From Hydrolagus colliei (lineage: Eukaryota), in the NCBI GenBank assembly GCA_035084275.1, contig CM068749.1, forward strand, positions 16,244,001 to 16,308,000: a DNA stretch of 64,000 nt. Direction: 5' to 3'. The notes beneath the pieces were generated by a model, which saw only the letters and a program-made list of their open reading frames with translations, was not told the origin of the DNA and searched no databases. Below are positions 38,156-51,736 of the stretch, one piece after another. The first letter of the stretch is position 1. Every line of letters starts with the position of its first letter. Both the position numbers and the translations under genes were made by a program.

Positions 38156-40104
38156 GGTCTGTGTGCGCGGTTTTAATTGTATGTGTTTAATCTGAGTAAA
38201 TGCTGCCGTTTATTTGAAGAGAAAGGGGTGTGTGTCAGAGCACAGAGCACCAGCTCCCAATCTCTGCTGCCCCTTTTTCTCCCCCATGCCCCATGGGGCA
38301 GATCTTTCTGCACTATTTCCACATTGCCTATTTCCACCTAGCATATTTTAGGCCTCCAAAGCCCTTGTGCACACTTCCAATCTGATGCCCATGATTATTT
38401 CTTGTCTCTACTGTTGCAAGTCCCAGAGGAAGAATGTAAAACTCTCTGCAGAAAGCATGATAATTGACATGTGCCATTTTATGGGGAACTGACATTCTGT
38501 CTCGGTTGCATCCATCTTTCATTAAATTCATATACCTCTTACCAACCATCGCTTAAAGCACCTCGGGTCTCTGAGCTAAGAACACGCTGTGGTTCAGTTC
38601 ACCTTCTTTTTCTCTCTCTCGCTCTCTCTTTTAGCTAAAGGTTCTCGAATCAGGTTAAAGAGAGGAAACTGAAGAGCATCTGTTTAAATAAAAAGCTGTT
38701 AGGGAAATGGAGATAACACGCTGAATTAAAAGTTAATCGGCTGCCAGCAATATGACAGTGATCCACTACCAAGTTCCACAAAATCAATTATTTTATTTAG
38801 TTTCTTGTGTCTATTCAGAATGAACTGGCTGCCACCACCCACTGTGCCAACATCGGATAATCCCTTTCTAACAGAGAACCAGATGGTTCATTAAAATTGT
38901 GTTGACCAATCATTTGAAAAATCGCGATGTACATTGAGCTCGTTCCTGTATTGTGCACAGCGTGGCTTAGAAACAAGCTGAAATATTTCCTTAAAATTTA
39001 AAAAAGATTTGCTAATACATTCCTTTACAAACCACTGCTTGGTAAAGAATAGTCGAGCGTAAAGGTCATACGTGTTTTACATGGGAACTAAATTGCACCT
39101 AAATAAATTGTCGTAAGGTTATAGATTTTGCAACTTGGATTAAAAATGGAATTTTTAATCGGCTTTTTCATTACACATTGTACAACGTCAATTCACCAGA
39201 GCTTTTAGTGCCGTAGATCTGCTGCAGGCTACTGCAATTACCTAGGATTTAGGGATTTAAAGAAGGAAACGTGTGCAAAATTATCATTAGCCCTCGCGAT
39301 TTACCTAGAGTTTTCATCATGTAAAATCCAGCAGCATCTGGCCTTTGTTACATATGCTTTTCAGATGAAGCCGTGATTTACCGAGTGGATTATGTGTTTG
39401 TATCTTACGTTTGCCAACAATCTCCTCCCCTGTGTCTGTATAACTGCTTTTGTACTTACTGTACAAAGAGAGATGGCAGCCGTTTGATGATTGTCAGCAA
39501 CTGCTATTTATCATTTGTCAGCTGCATTTCTCACAGGGATCCAGAATATCAAATAAACCATGGGTGTTTTTGCTGCTTCAAGGAAATGGTGCTTGGCAAG
39601 ATGCTGAACTGCATGACATAATCATTTACTGTAATATGGTATAATTGTGCAAAGTTAGACTGCTGCTGTTTTAATATCTTGCTTCTCTTTAAAATTACAC
39701 GCAGATGTTGTCCAATCAGAACATTAACTTCTCGCAAAGCATTTAGTGCTCTGTTGGGTGCTTTAAACAAATCTGCTTTTAAAAGTTTAAAGGTGTCTGA
39801 AATTCAGGCTAAACCGTGCTTCTGGTCCAGTTTTAAGATCTGCATCTCAAAGTGAATCTTGGAGACCTGCTTTGTGTTGGCTTTTTTTCTCTCTCTCCCA
39901 CAAGCGCATGTAAACTTATCTTTATTGGATAAGTTGAAATTTACACACAATTCTATGCCTCCACTGCAGTCTTCCCCATTGTTTGTCCTGTGTTAAAAGA
40001 AAAACTTTCGTTTCATTGAGTCCAGTGTAGTGGAGAGGTTTATTCCTGCTATAGCTAATATCTATTGTTAAAAACAATAGTCGTAATGGATATTTTGGAA
40101 ATTG

Positions 40105-40376
40105 CTCAGTGGCACCAGCCTACCCTGCTTGCTGCACCATTTGGTATCCTGGTTTTCAGTGTACCTACCCACAAGCTCTGGAACTCCATCCCAGAGTGCC
40201 ACCGACTCCCTCCTTGCCTCATGTTGTTCAATCTCTGTCTCAAGACTTACTTGATTTGACAGTATTTTTGGTCGTCTTTCTTCTTTCCACCCCCTCAGCT
40301 CCCACTCCCAGCTCAGATGCCAAAGCAGGATTTTTGAGCACCTCCTGACATGAAAGGCTCTATATAAATGTAAATT
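40105..40376 (+). mobile_element. diverged L2 3' end
   Basis: ctctggaactccatccc...tctcaagac...cctcctgacatgaaaggctctatataaatgtaa. Confidence 0.75.
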
Positions 40377-41879
40377 GGTATTCTAAATCGCTTCAAAGTT
40401 AGTGAATATTTCAGTGCCTGAATGGGATGTTTTGTCAGTCTCATCACTTTGATTTCTCTTAGGCTGTTGCATCATGTTGATTGCGTTTATATTATCATTC
40501 CATAAATACAACCTTATATATACGTATTAAATTAATTGAAAACACTAACATCTGAAATTACTATTGTTTAATCTTGTGTTCAGTTTGTGATCATGCTGGA
40601 CGCCACTCAATTGATTGCAATACTACTTTCTGTCACATTCTGTTCATGTAACCTGCTGGTCACTTATTTTCAATCAGAACAATTGGTTTGAAACAATATG
40701 TACCTTTTTCAAGCTGCCTTATGTTGATAGCACAAGTCACTTCGGTTATTTTTTCTAAATGTCACTTTCGTACGTTACTGATTTGTTTCTGAATAAACTG
40801 CTACACTCGGCTACATTTAGGGCTCAGTGCCCTACTCAGTTTTGCTGTCCACATTGTTTCACAATTGATCTGTCTGACATAATTTTCTTTTGAAAACAAG
40901 ACACTTTCCCATCGCACTAAAACAAACGGTTTCATCCTTCCACCAACGGAGAATGGTGTTCAGTAGGAATTCCTTGCATGTAAGAATTTCATGACTCCAC
41001 AGGCTGCAGAATTGTATTTCTATTGTACCTGCATCAACAAAACAGGTGTAGCAGCAAGCTATTCAATAGTTGGCCAAATTATGGTTTAATTATCCCTTTT
41101 CCAAGTGACTCTGTATCAAATTTTCAACAAACATCTTCTGTCTGGTTGATGCTGATAATGCCCCCTTCAGCAGAAGCACAATAAAATTGTGACATTGTTT
41201 TGTTTCTGAAATAATGTCCAATGCTGTCAGGTTCCTTGTAGCATTTTCAGACTTTTTGTATCCTGGGAGTTCCACATTAGTGGAGGGAGAGGGAGAGGAG
41301 TGGCTGCTTTTAACACTGAGCGAGCACACACACACCCACGCTTTGTGTTCCAGCTGAACAATCCAATGCCACACTGCAGGTCTGTTTCTTTTATTTAAAA
41401 GTGTAGAAGCTGAATAGAAGTTCGAAATCTGGTGTTTCCATTATTCTCTTCACACAGATGCACTTTGCAAAAATAAACTCAGCTGCGTTGCCAAACCATC
41501 TTTGCAGCATCTCCTCTTCACAAGAATTTGTTTTCTTTCCCTTTAACTGCAGTGATATAATTGTAATAACTTCACTGATACACAATGGACCCAGAGTAAT
41601 CCAGCTGAGCAGCCGATTAACTCATTTAGCTTCCCTTTGCAAACTGTATTTCATAAGTATTATGGTTTCGTAAACTATGAAATAAACAGCAAGCTATCTA
41701 ATTATTTGGCATTCATATGTGAAACAAGGGCTACATTTCTTTTTCCTAACTGTTCTGTGTCAACATGCCATGCTTGAACAATAAACTAAATGTTTCCAAG
41801 AATATGCTGTTGTTTAAAATAAAATTAAAAATATTTGCATCAAATATGACGCATTATTCAACAATGACTGCTGCGAAAA

Positions 41880-42012
41880 TGAGTAATACTGAGTGTATCT
41901 GTGACATTCTTACCCCAAATACAGTCACCGTACATTGCCGTAAATCCTGTGAAACGCTTTGAGACATCCTTCCAACCTGAAAGGACCTATATTTAAATGT
42001 AAGGATTATTTT
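41880..42012 (+). mobile_element. older SINE tail (family B/Deu-type)
   Basis: atacagtcaccgtac...aatcctgtgaaacgctttgagacatcc...tgaaagg...aaatgtaaggattatt. Confidence 0.65.
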
Positions 42013-44149
42013 TGATAAGAATATCAATCTGTTGATCACTTTGGCCTCTGTATATGTTGCAAGTATTAACATTTTGTACCATAATAATTTAACACAAGTT
42101 GTTCATGTTTGTTTGCTAAATGTGCATTTAGCATCTTTTCTTCTCTTAATTTTACCTGCATTTAAACTCTTTCTTCTGTAAGCACCACTTAGTGCTGGAA
42201 ATATGGTTGCCCAGGTAGTGGAGCTCACTGGCACCTTATCTTTCACACTCAGGAAATATTCATGAGGTGCACAACAATTTGTTTACCTGCTATAATGATT
42301 ATTGCATGATCAGGCCAAAATAAACTTGATATTGACCTTCACTTATCCAGAGACACTGAAGCCCCATGACGTAACTATCTGAAATTGGCACAGACTAAGC
42401 ATTTGGCTTGATCAATTGTTTTAAGCTTCAATTGTATGTAATATTTTGCATTATAAGCATCTGCATCTTTCAGCATTGTATTTTTCCCAGTACGTCAATA
42501 ATATACTGTTACATGAGCCGTAACTACATCTGTTGCTAATGATGGGCAATTCACTTTTTCATCCTCAGTGTGGTCCGTTTGCTCAATGAGGGATTTTCCA
42601 ATGCTATTTTAAAGGCTAAGTGATGTGGAGCAAAGTATATTAGCGATTTTATGATGTCGAACAGGGGGTATATAAATTTGTCAAACCAGATATATGGTAG
42701 CAGTTAATTTAACCAGTAAATTACATGGAAATTAACCGACTCATGAGAGACTCTTAGAGTATATTCAGAGTGGACAAAAATCACAACAATAGATTGGATC
42801 CCTTTGAAATGTAAAGCAAGGTGGCGTGGAAGAGGAGTATTTGTTCATATTTTAATAAACTCACATCTGTAATCAAATACTACAGTCCTACGTCTGAACT
42901 GGTCGCAAACTCAAATGCTTCAGATGATTAGAAAATATTGGTGTAAGAACTGTACAAATGCTTGCGAGAAAATGGATGAATCACTGATTAACAATGTGGG
43001 AAAATGCAGGAGTACATGATTCAAAATTAATCATTTAATTCTTGTGAAGAAATGGCCTTACTTTGATTTTTCTGTAGTTTTTTTTATTTGCTTATTTTCA
43101 CGGTGAAATTATTTAAATGATGAGCACATTTTGTCTCTTAATATTCAATAAATGAGCAGAATGGCTAAACATCAGACAAGATCTTGTAGCATAATGTTTA
43201 ACTCTTCTTTGAACTTTAAAAAAAATCAGTCTGAGTGATTGGTCGCAAAAATCCTGATTTATCACAGTAAGACTCCTAAACTGTCAAACCTCAGACAAGA
43301 TCCTTTATAAGAATGAACCAAGAAGAAAATCCTTTTTCCGTGGCAAATGAATGCCGATTGATGTTCATGTAAAACCCAATCTTATTCTTTGGAAAGGAAA
43401 GCTTTTCAGCACAATCACTGCTGTCCCTTCACAGCATGGAATTGTCTATAAGATGCCAGAGTCAAAATTCAAAGTGAAGCTTCGCCAAACTAAGTTTCTT
43501 TCTCCAAAGGGAGCGAGAGACAGCCTTAACAACAAAAGCATCATGCTAGCTGACTTAGGCCCTTCATCTTATCAGCAAGTGTTGGCCAATCCTGGCAGTG
43601 TGGGCAGTGTGAGCGGCAAATATTAAGAAACAAAACCCAGAGGCATTTATATGAATGTTTACAACAAAGACACTGATTTTGAAGTGAGAGATCTGGAGAG
43701 GCCAGAATTACCACTGTTGGAGGCTGCCGACTGTTTAATCATTATGCTTGCTCCAGAGGTGTTGCATTTTACAGTATCCAATATATTCTTGTACTTACAC
43801 ATGACTCTTACTACATTTGCCACAAACCCATTGTTTATCTTGGTGATTCCAGCCTCACATTTTCAAGACATTTCAAGCGTGCTTTTTTTTCTCTTGTGAA
43901 TCACTTATTCAACATGGTTATACGACACCTTCCACATTGAAACAATTAATCGATTTGAAACAATTGAATTGTTAGAAAAAAAATGTTGTGCTTACATGCC
44001 ACATCTTATAATTAATACCTTGAATATTTTCGTTTCTGTTTCTCTGACACCCATCGTTTGTTCCCACCCACCCAGCTTCTGATCACCTAATTCACCTTTG
44101 CTCGTGGGCATCATCAACCTTTCTCCAGCTTCTGCCACTGTGCCCTTCC

Positions 44150-44615
44150 CATTCAAAACTCCTCCCATGAGGAGGTCGACAAACAAGGAGTTTGCTTAGT
44201 CAAGCCTGGACGTTATGAATGCGTGTATGAAAGTTTCAGCAGCCGGCTGTGTGAGACAGTGGTCGAGCTGGGCAATATTGAGAAGGTAGGGGGAAGGCAG
44301 AGCAGGTCATGGCTCGGATGTGGGGCAGAAAGGATAGTTGAGGGTCAAACAAGATGCCAAGGTTCCGGACTGGCTGAGTGAGAGGGAGTGTGCATCCATG
44401 GATGGTGATACTGTCAGCTCTGTCCCTCTGAGATGTGGAATCTCTGACAGGATAGCCGACCAGGATGGCCTCGATCTCGTTAATGTTCAACTGTAGAAAT
44501 TTAGCTCCCATCCACGTCTTGATGTCTGATAGACATTCTGTCAAGATAGCAGTGATCCGGTAGTCAAGGGGTGAGGTGAGAGGAGAGGCAATAGATAGGG
44601 ATGGAGTGGTCGACC
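44150..44615 (-). mobile_element. L2 ORF2 internal fragment (post-RT/thumb region)
   Basis: ORF 44236-44682 contains CLSDIKTWMGAKFLQLN and VRNLGILFDPQLSFLPHI, hallmark L2 ORF2 motifs. Confidence 0.9.
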
Positions 44616-44789
44616 AGGTCCCCCATTCTGTCCTCCTTAATTGCCCTTCTTTGTTCATCCAACTTCCTTTTCTTAGTCCCAATCATCCTTAATCCTTTGC
44701 CTCCACTTTGTCTCCTAAAGTAGGATCTCTTCTCCTCCTGAAATAGCCGAGGATTTGATTACACGTATTATGGCCATGATGATCAATGC

Positions 44790-45105
44790 TGCAAACTTGA
44801 AATTGATTCCACACATTCCAGTGCAGTACTTTGGGAATACTTCATTGTCTGAGGTGCCATCCTTCAGATGAGACCATAAACCAAGGACCAATCTGCCTAC
44901 TCAAGTGATATTAAAGATTGGATGACATTATTTGGAAAGAGAAGAGAGTTTCTCCTAATGCCCTGGCAGACAATTCTCCAGTGAAATTGACAATTCACCT
45001 CATGGCTATTTATGGGATCTTGATGTGCAAATTGGCTGCCTCCAATCACTAAACTTGAAAATGAATCATTATGATGTTTACAGGTGCTATATAAAATGCA
45101 AATGT
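44790..45105 (+). mobile_element. DeuSINE (SacSINE1/AmnSINE1-like) with central Deu domain
   Basis: ttccagtgcagtact...gaggtgccatccttcagatgagac.taaaccaagg...tatttggaaagagaagagagttt..ccctggc...tgggatcttgatgtgcaaattggctgcc...gtgctatataaaatgcaa, recognised from memory of the Deu-domain consensus. Confidence 0.75.
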
Positions 45106-46806
45106 TATGTCCTATATTTGACATACTGCAATATATTTTGGTGTAATAAATACTGGCACTGAAAAGAATTTAGGATAGAAGTCAAATGAACAAGGTTTAG
45201 TTTTGCTTAATGGGTTAGAGTTGAGACTTTAGACTATGTTTTATGAGATGCTTAAAGCACAAAAAGGAAGAAACATTCACAGAATTAAATTCTGAAATGG
45301 CAGTTAGGTTGAAGTTGGTATGTGATATTGGATTTATGTAGCAGTAAAAGAGTATGCTGCAAAAAGTACCTTCCAGAATGATTAATCTGTTCTTTAAATC
45401 TGAGCGGTTTTAGCAAAGGCTAAAACTAGATTTATAATGCTGGAGGAAACTGACAAAGATTAATGTTGTATTGATCAGTTTAATCAGATCTGTGGGCAAG
45501 AAAACCCTTTAATAGTCTTTCCTTTAATAGAAAGATGGAAATTTGGAGAAATTAAGACATTGTCATTTCTAAAATTGTCTTTTTGAAGTGGTGACAGATT
45601 TATTAATGCAACATGATTTGATTTAGCTGTAACTGTTTTTTTATGCTTCCTCTTATCAGACATTGTTGCGATATCTTTCATGAACCTTGAGAAGGTTCCA
45701 TTTGCTCTGATAACGCATTGCCAGAGCCTAGCACAGAATCTGCTTCAAGGCTTTCACATTAAATTGCATGCCACTTATCAATCATGTGAGTGAGGAGATT
45801 TCAAAAAGTGCACATTTTAGCGTGTGCAGTGAAAACTGAAAGTTGAGACGGGGATTATTGTTGCTTTTCAGTTAAAGGAGTTAAAAAGTTATAAATAACT
45901 TTATTTAGCAATGTAAATTTGCGTTTCAAGTGTGGAACTTTTCAGTGACACCCGTGATGTGGTTCGTGTGTGCAAATGACAAATGTTGTTAGCGAGTAAG
46001 AATGAGTAGCAATCAATTATTGATCAAAAAACATTGAAATAAGCATTACAGTTCTGGCGGTTTCCCAGCCTTTTTGTTCACTTTGTCAATGTGAATGATG
46101 CAGACTGCTGGATATTTGACAGCGCATTAAGAGTTTCAGAGGCAAAAAGTATTACAGTTTTTGAAGCCTAATGATGGCAACATAAAAAAATGTAGTCACC
46201 CACGAAGGCAATCAATCAGTCATCAGGCAGACAGTGTTTCGGTAATAACTACAGATCTCATTAGTTCTGAGTGTGGAAGTTTTGCATTTCTTATTTCTCC
46301 TACTCCCTATGTCTTCAGGTGCTGTGCCTGTTATGTATGCAGAGTGCTGGAAAATGGTATTTTGTATTAAAGCTGCTATATATTATAATAAAATGCCATG
46401 ATCTTTTCTGTCTTTATTTTCAGCAGTGTTCGGTCATCATGTCAAAGCCAGCTCTTTTGCAAATGTTAATGAAAATTAAAATGACGCCAAAGAGAAAACG
46501 ATTTTGAACATTTACTGCTATTAGAATCTCTCAGCTGCTCCATGTCATCTGAAGTCCATTTGTGTACGATGGTTTTCTTGTCTTGAAGTGCATGTGCTTA
46601 ATGGAACTGTAAAAGTAACAGCTATGAATCTTTCAGAGTTCTACATTGAACATAATAATCTTTACATTTGATGTACAGTAGAGCCATTCACGTGGAGGGG
46701 GAAGGGGAGAAATGACGCCTCAAAGTGCTTCACAGGATTTCCTGTTAAGCACAGTAACCGTGTATTTTGTAGGTAGAAGGCAGTCAAATAAATTGGTCAC
46801 TCAATC

Positions 46807-47315
46807 CAACAGCGACAACAAACTTACACTGGTATAGCACCTTTCACATTAGGAGGACGTCCCAAGGCGCTGGACAGTCATTGCATCAGACCTGAGCGCA
46901 TGTCCAGTACAGGGAAGGTGGAGAGAAAGGGGGGGATTTGTTGTGACTGATGGGACTGTTGAAAAGGAGGGTCTTGAGACGGGATTTGAAAGAGGGTAGG
47001 GAGGAGGGCGAGGCAGGATGGAGTTCCATAAGTTGGGGCAGAGTGGCTGAAGGCCCACCCGTCAGTAGTGGGATGGGTGGGTCGGGGACTTGGAGCAGGC
47101 CGGAGCTACTTCAAGTGGACAGGCAGGTTGGTAGGGGGTTAGGAGGTCGCATAGGTAGGGTGGGGCAAGGCCATGGAGGACTTTGAAGGTGAGGACCAGA
47201 ATCTTGAATTGAATCCTCTGGGTTATGGGAAGCCAATGGAGTCAGGCGAGGATGGGGGAGATGGGGTCACAAAGCTTTGAGCGGTAGAGGACACGGGTCG
47301 CAGAGTTAGGGATTA
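46807..47315 (-). mobile_element. 5'-truncated L2-clade LINE
   Basis: Tail at 46807-46880. Minus-strand translation LHWLPITQRIQFKILVLTFK near 47180-47245. Confidence 0.88.
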
Positions 47316-47319
47316 TCTG

Positions 47320-47468
47320 CTTGTGGGTCACCTGCTGTGCGCTATTGGCTACCATGTTTCTCCCACAAAATATACAGTCAATTCACTTTATATTATATAA
47401 TCTGAAGTGCTTTGAGACATCTCAAAGACGTGATAAGGAGCTATACCAAATGCAAGAACTATTATTAT
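47320..47468 (+). mobile_element. SINE family B 3' half
   Basis: ttgtgggtcacctgctgtgcgctattggct...cccacaaaatatacagtcaattcacttta...aaatgcaaga.ctattatt. Confidence 0.85.
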
Positions 47469-50400
47469 GCTTAACTTATATAGTCCAAGATCACAAACCA
47501 AGGCATTGTCTACTGACCTAAGCTGATGCGTACAGATTTCCTGCGGGGTTAAAATCTGATGTTTACAACAGTTTACTATACTTTGTATGGATACACAACT
47601 ATTATTGTCAAGGCCAAGTAGAAACTTCAGAAATGTAATACAGTATTTCCAGAATATAGAGAGTTCAACAATGAAATACACCCTTATTATACATCTGGCA
47701 TTTTTTCACAAGTGGAACATAAAGTAGTTTAATTGGAGTTATAGAACTATAGAAATTCACAGCAGAAGGGCAACTGAGTAAATGTTTCTGAAAGAGCAAT
47801 CACAAAGCCACGAGACTCCAATGTCCTGACCTCAACCATCCATCCACGCAACCAGTTATTAATTATAATCTCCATTCAGTCCATTTACCTGCTTTTCCAC
47901 ATTCCTTTGCTATGCATTCTTTTTTGGAGTGCAGCTTTATTATAACAGTGTTTGGGATCCGTCAAATCACAACCCACATTATACTGAGGTAACATAACAG
48001 GTTTTGCTGCGACTGCATGCAGCTGTCTGACCTACAGGAAAGTACAATACAACTGGCCAAATTCTGTGTCAGCGGGTCATTCCAACACAAATTTGGGATT
48101 AAGTGACATTTGCAGCAAGGTGATGACCTGGAAGTTGATAATTTTTGTTATGCAGCAACCTAAAACTGCTGACTTGTATTAGGTTACCTTCAGTGATGCC
48201 ATTTCCCATCTTGCACAAATGCAGTAAATCTGGGAGTGATGTGGCAACCTAAAGGACCAGACACCATTTTAAATGAAAAGCTGGCCTGCACACGGGTAAC
48301 GAGTGGATTAGCTGAGCACCTGTCCAATGGATGTGGTTCACAGTGCAACCATGTTATAGTAAATTTATGCTTGAGTGAAGGGTATTAAACAGGGCTGCTC
48401 TCCATCTAATTCTTTCTTGAAAGCTAATGTGCCTTAACCATGATACCCAGCAGGACACTTCCTAACAATTCTTTAAAATTCCCCTAATCATCCTCCTTTA
48501 CCACCTTGCTAACTATCATTACATTGATGCCCTCCAATGTTCAACTCATGTACCAGTGGCAATAATGTCTCCCTTTCTATTCTACCCAAATCACTCAGAA
48601 TTTTCATTCCCAAAACAGCCTAATGATTTATTAATACATGACAGGGGAGAAAAAACATTTTATTTCATTAAACATTAATATTTCATATAGAAGTTGGTAT
48701 GTCTAAGAATTGTGAACTTGACTGGTAAAATAGATAAAATAACATGTCTAATTGATGTTTTTGTTGTGAGGCATTTGATTAATCCAATTGTAAACTTATC
48801 ACTGTCAGTTATTTATAACTGCTGAAATTCCTCTTGCGCTGTTTCACCTAAATACAAACAGACTTCTCCCCGATGGGATGAGATGTCTTGAAGCAGTCAA
48901 GCTTCAATACTGAAAACAAAACGGACTTTGAAATTATGGGGAGAATCCTCAGTGCAAAGAATTTCCCTTGTTGTCATCTCGATATCCAAAACCAATGTTG
49001 GCACACTTCTTGGCATTTGTGACAGTTTCTGGAACACTAATTCACTGCACAAGCTCTGCAAAGTCCTAAGGACACTGAGAGAAGTCTTTCTGAGTACTGT
49101 TCACCAATCTAAGGTCCAAGCTACCATGTATTTATTGCTATTTCTGTAATTAATTTAGTCCAGTTCTTTCTGATTCTTCATTTTCCTATACCATTTAATC
49201 ATCTTAATACCCCCAGAGAAGCCTTAATGACAGTATGTATATTCCAATGCTGGGTTAGTGGGCCAGTAACTGTTTAGCACCATTGAATTAAAAATACAAA
49301 TTCATTCAATTAGGAAGGGATCCAATTAAATTACTCTGCATATTTCCAGTAGTAAAATTGTATAATTTGCCAGTGCCATTTGCTACAAATTGCATCACCT
49401 CAGAAATCTTGCAACCCATTTATGCTGTGGTTCTACTGACCTTAGCTTTGTCTATAGTAAGAAACCAAGCAATATTTTTGCCTCTGGAATTACTTATCAT
49501 TACTTCCTGAAATGTCCTATGGTGCTGTCAGTGGTCCCAGTTCACTCGCAGAATGTAGGATCATGATGCTGGCAGCCAAGGTTCTTCAAAACTCATTCTA
49601 TCTGAACCAAGTCTACAAAAAAAACACAGCAAAAAATAATTAATTACAGTATGGTAAGAATGAGATAACAATACCATTAAATGTAGATATTTTGAAGCCT
49701 TTTTTATCAATGGATTCTTGATGTGCTATCTATTAAATAAGAACATTCAAATAAAATTTAAAATCAAGATATCTATGATTTTTTAAATGACAATTTGACT
49801 TATTGAAGAGAGAGCATTTTGAGAAGGTATCTTCACACCATAGTGGTCTCATGCTGACTGCGGTGTGACTCCATGAATTACAAAGTAAACTTGTGAAATC
49901 TATATCATGTTTTGTATTTTGTTTTTTTTTAGTGAGAATACCTCAAGCAGTACTATAAAGAACTGGGAATCAAATTGGTCTCTAACAAGCAGCTACCAGG
50001 TAACATTTTCTTTTTTCACTCTTAATTCAGAATTGGAAAAGAAAATGACAGGTTTAGGCAGAGACGCATTAATGCACAGATTATGTCTGGTAAAGTGGCA
50101 AGAGTGCCTGTTGCCACAAAATATAGTGATTTGATGATGTGCTCTTACGATGGGGATACCTTATTATAAGTGCCCAATGTCTGTTACTGCATTTAACTGC
50201 AAGAGGAGTTACTTACCCATAAAGTTCCTTTCAAGTCATTGTACATGAGGAGAGAGCTTCCAATGCCAATCAATCCTTGTCATGGTGCCGGTGAAACCAG
50301 AACTTAATGGCATAACAAAGCGGCTTGTATGTTTCCGTGAGGCACAAAGGTATTCATTAGAATCAGTTTATTTCAGTTGAAAAGGTAATATGTTATAAAT

Positions 50401-51339
50401 AAAATGTTTTGTGACCCGCCACTGTGAATGTTTCTCCTTCAGAGTTGCTCTGTTTTGTCATTCTCTGATACTTATGTCTATCTTTATTTTATTGAATGTT
50501 GCAGAGTAATAACATGTTCTCTATATATTGTGGTAATAAATGCAGGAATCCCAGAATGTACAAAGTAATAAATGGCGAGGTGATCAGCACTCAGCCTCTG
50601 GTCTTGATGTTTATTCAGCGCGTAGCAGCCATTTATTGCCTTGTGCAGGCTTGTATTATTATGCTTATCGCTTGATTAACCATCACCAGTTGGCAAATTG
50701 ACTTTAATGCACTTTCGGGCCATAAGGACTCGAATATACTTGTACTGTGCTCATTAATTAAAGAGATTTTCTTCAATTAATCTTAATGTTAATTTCAGGC
50801 AGTGCATAATACATGTGCTCCACCAACCTTTTTGACTTTGGACATGCAAGAAGCTTTATTTCCTTACAGTCTTTTTTTAAAAAAAAACATGTCTTGTAAG
50901 TATTTTCAAGGGATGGGTTGGGAGGAAATCTCTGAAGCTTAAGAAAGGTTGAAGGCATAACTGCGTTCCATTAGGGTAAAGGTTTCCTTATGTGAATGTT
51001 GCCTCACAGGAAGAGGTGGGAGTGTTCTGACAGCCGTTCAATTGGTCAGCAGCTGTTGCGCCATCTATATGGTGTAAATTAATGCATTGTGCACATTTTC
51101 TAGAAGGTTAAAATTCTATCTGTTAAGAGTGAAACTGGGAGACAGATCTAGAGACTGTCGCATTTCATTGAGGTCTAATTTCTGATATTTCTCAAAAAGG
51201 AATCTTTTTAACTTGCTCACATCTGAACTTGAGCAAATATGTGAATGCTGATATATAAAAACTCCACCCTGACATGATCTAATTCAGAGCAGAATTCAGG
51301 GTTGGCTGGAAACGTGCATAAAACTACATACTGTAGATT

Positions 51340-51515
51340 GTAAGAAACAGGCTATTTGGCCAACTAGACTGTACTGTCATTTATACTCCATATGAGTATT
51401 CAATATCATATTTGCCCCACCTATCTCTTCCCTTACAATCATATAACAACACAAATTTACAGTATAGAAAAAGGCTATTTGGCCCATGGTGTGTGTGCTG
51501 GCTGTTTTCAGTGGA
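51340..51515 (-). mobile_element. two adjacent CR1-type 3'-end relics
   Basis: agaaacaggctatttggcc (51342) and agaaaaaggctatttggccc (51466) resemble the reverse complement of the CR1/HER1-type 3' terminus. Confidence 0.45.
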
Positions 51516-51555
51516 AACCTATGTCACATTTACCTGCTCATGTCCACATAACTCC

Positions 51556-51716
51556 CATACAGCTCAGTGTTTAGAGCACTCGCCTCACAAGCAAGAGATC
51601 TGGGTTCGATTCTCGGCAATGCAAAATCTAGGCCAAGTTTCCTTACTCTCCACCTGTAATAATAGTTCCTCAAGAAATGAAAAAATAATAATTTGTTCAT
51701 TTCAATCCATGACTAT
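51556..51716 (+). mobile_element. SINE family B 5' half with tRNA-like head
   Basis: agctcagtgtttagagc (A box), gggttcgattc (B box), caagtttccttact...tcaatccatgact. Confidence 0.85.
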
Positions 51717-51736
51717 ATATTGATTATTACATAATG

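Noticed and set aside
44236-44682. 148-aa RT-like ORF as a functional reverse transcriptase or retron-type system
   Set aside because: Internal L2 ORF2 fragment lacking the catalytic YADD region and frameshifted at its end.
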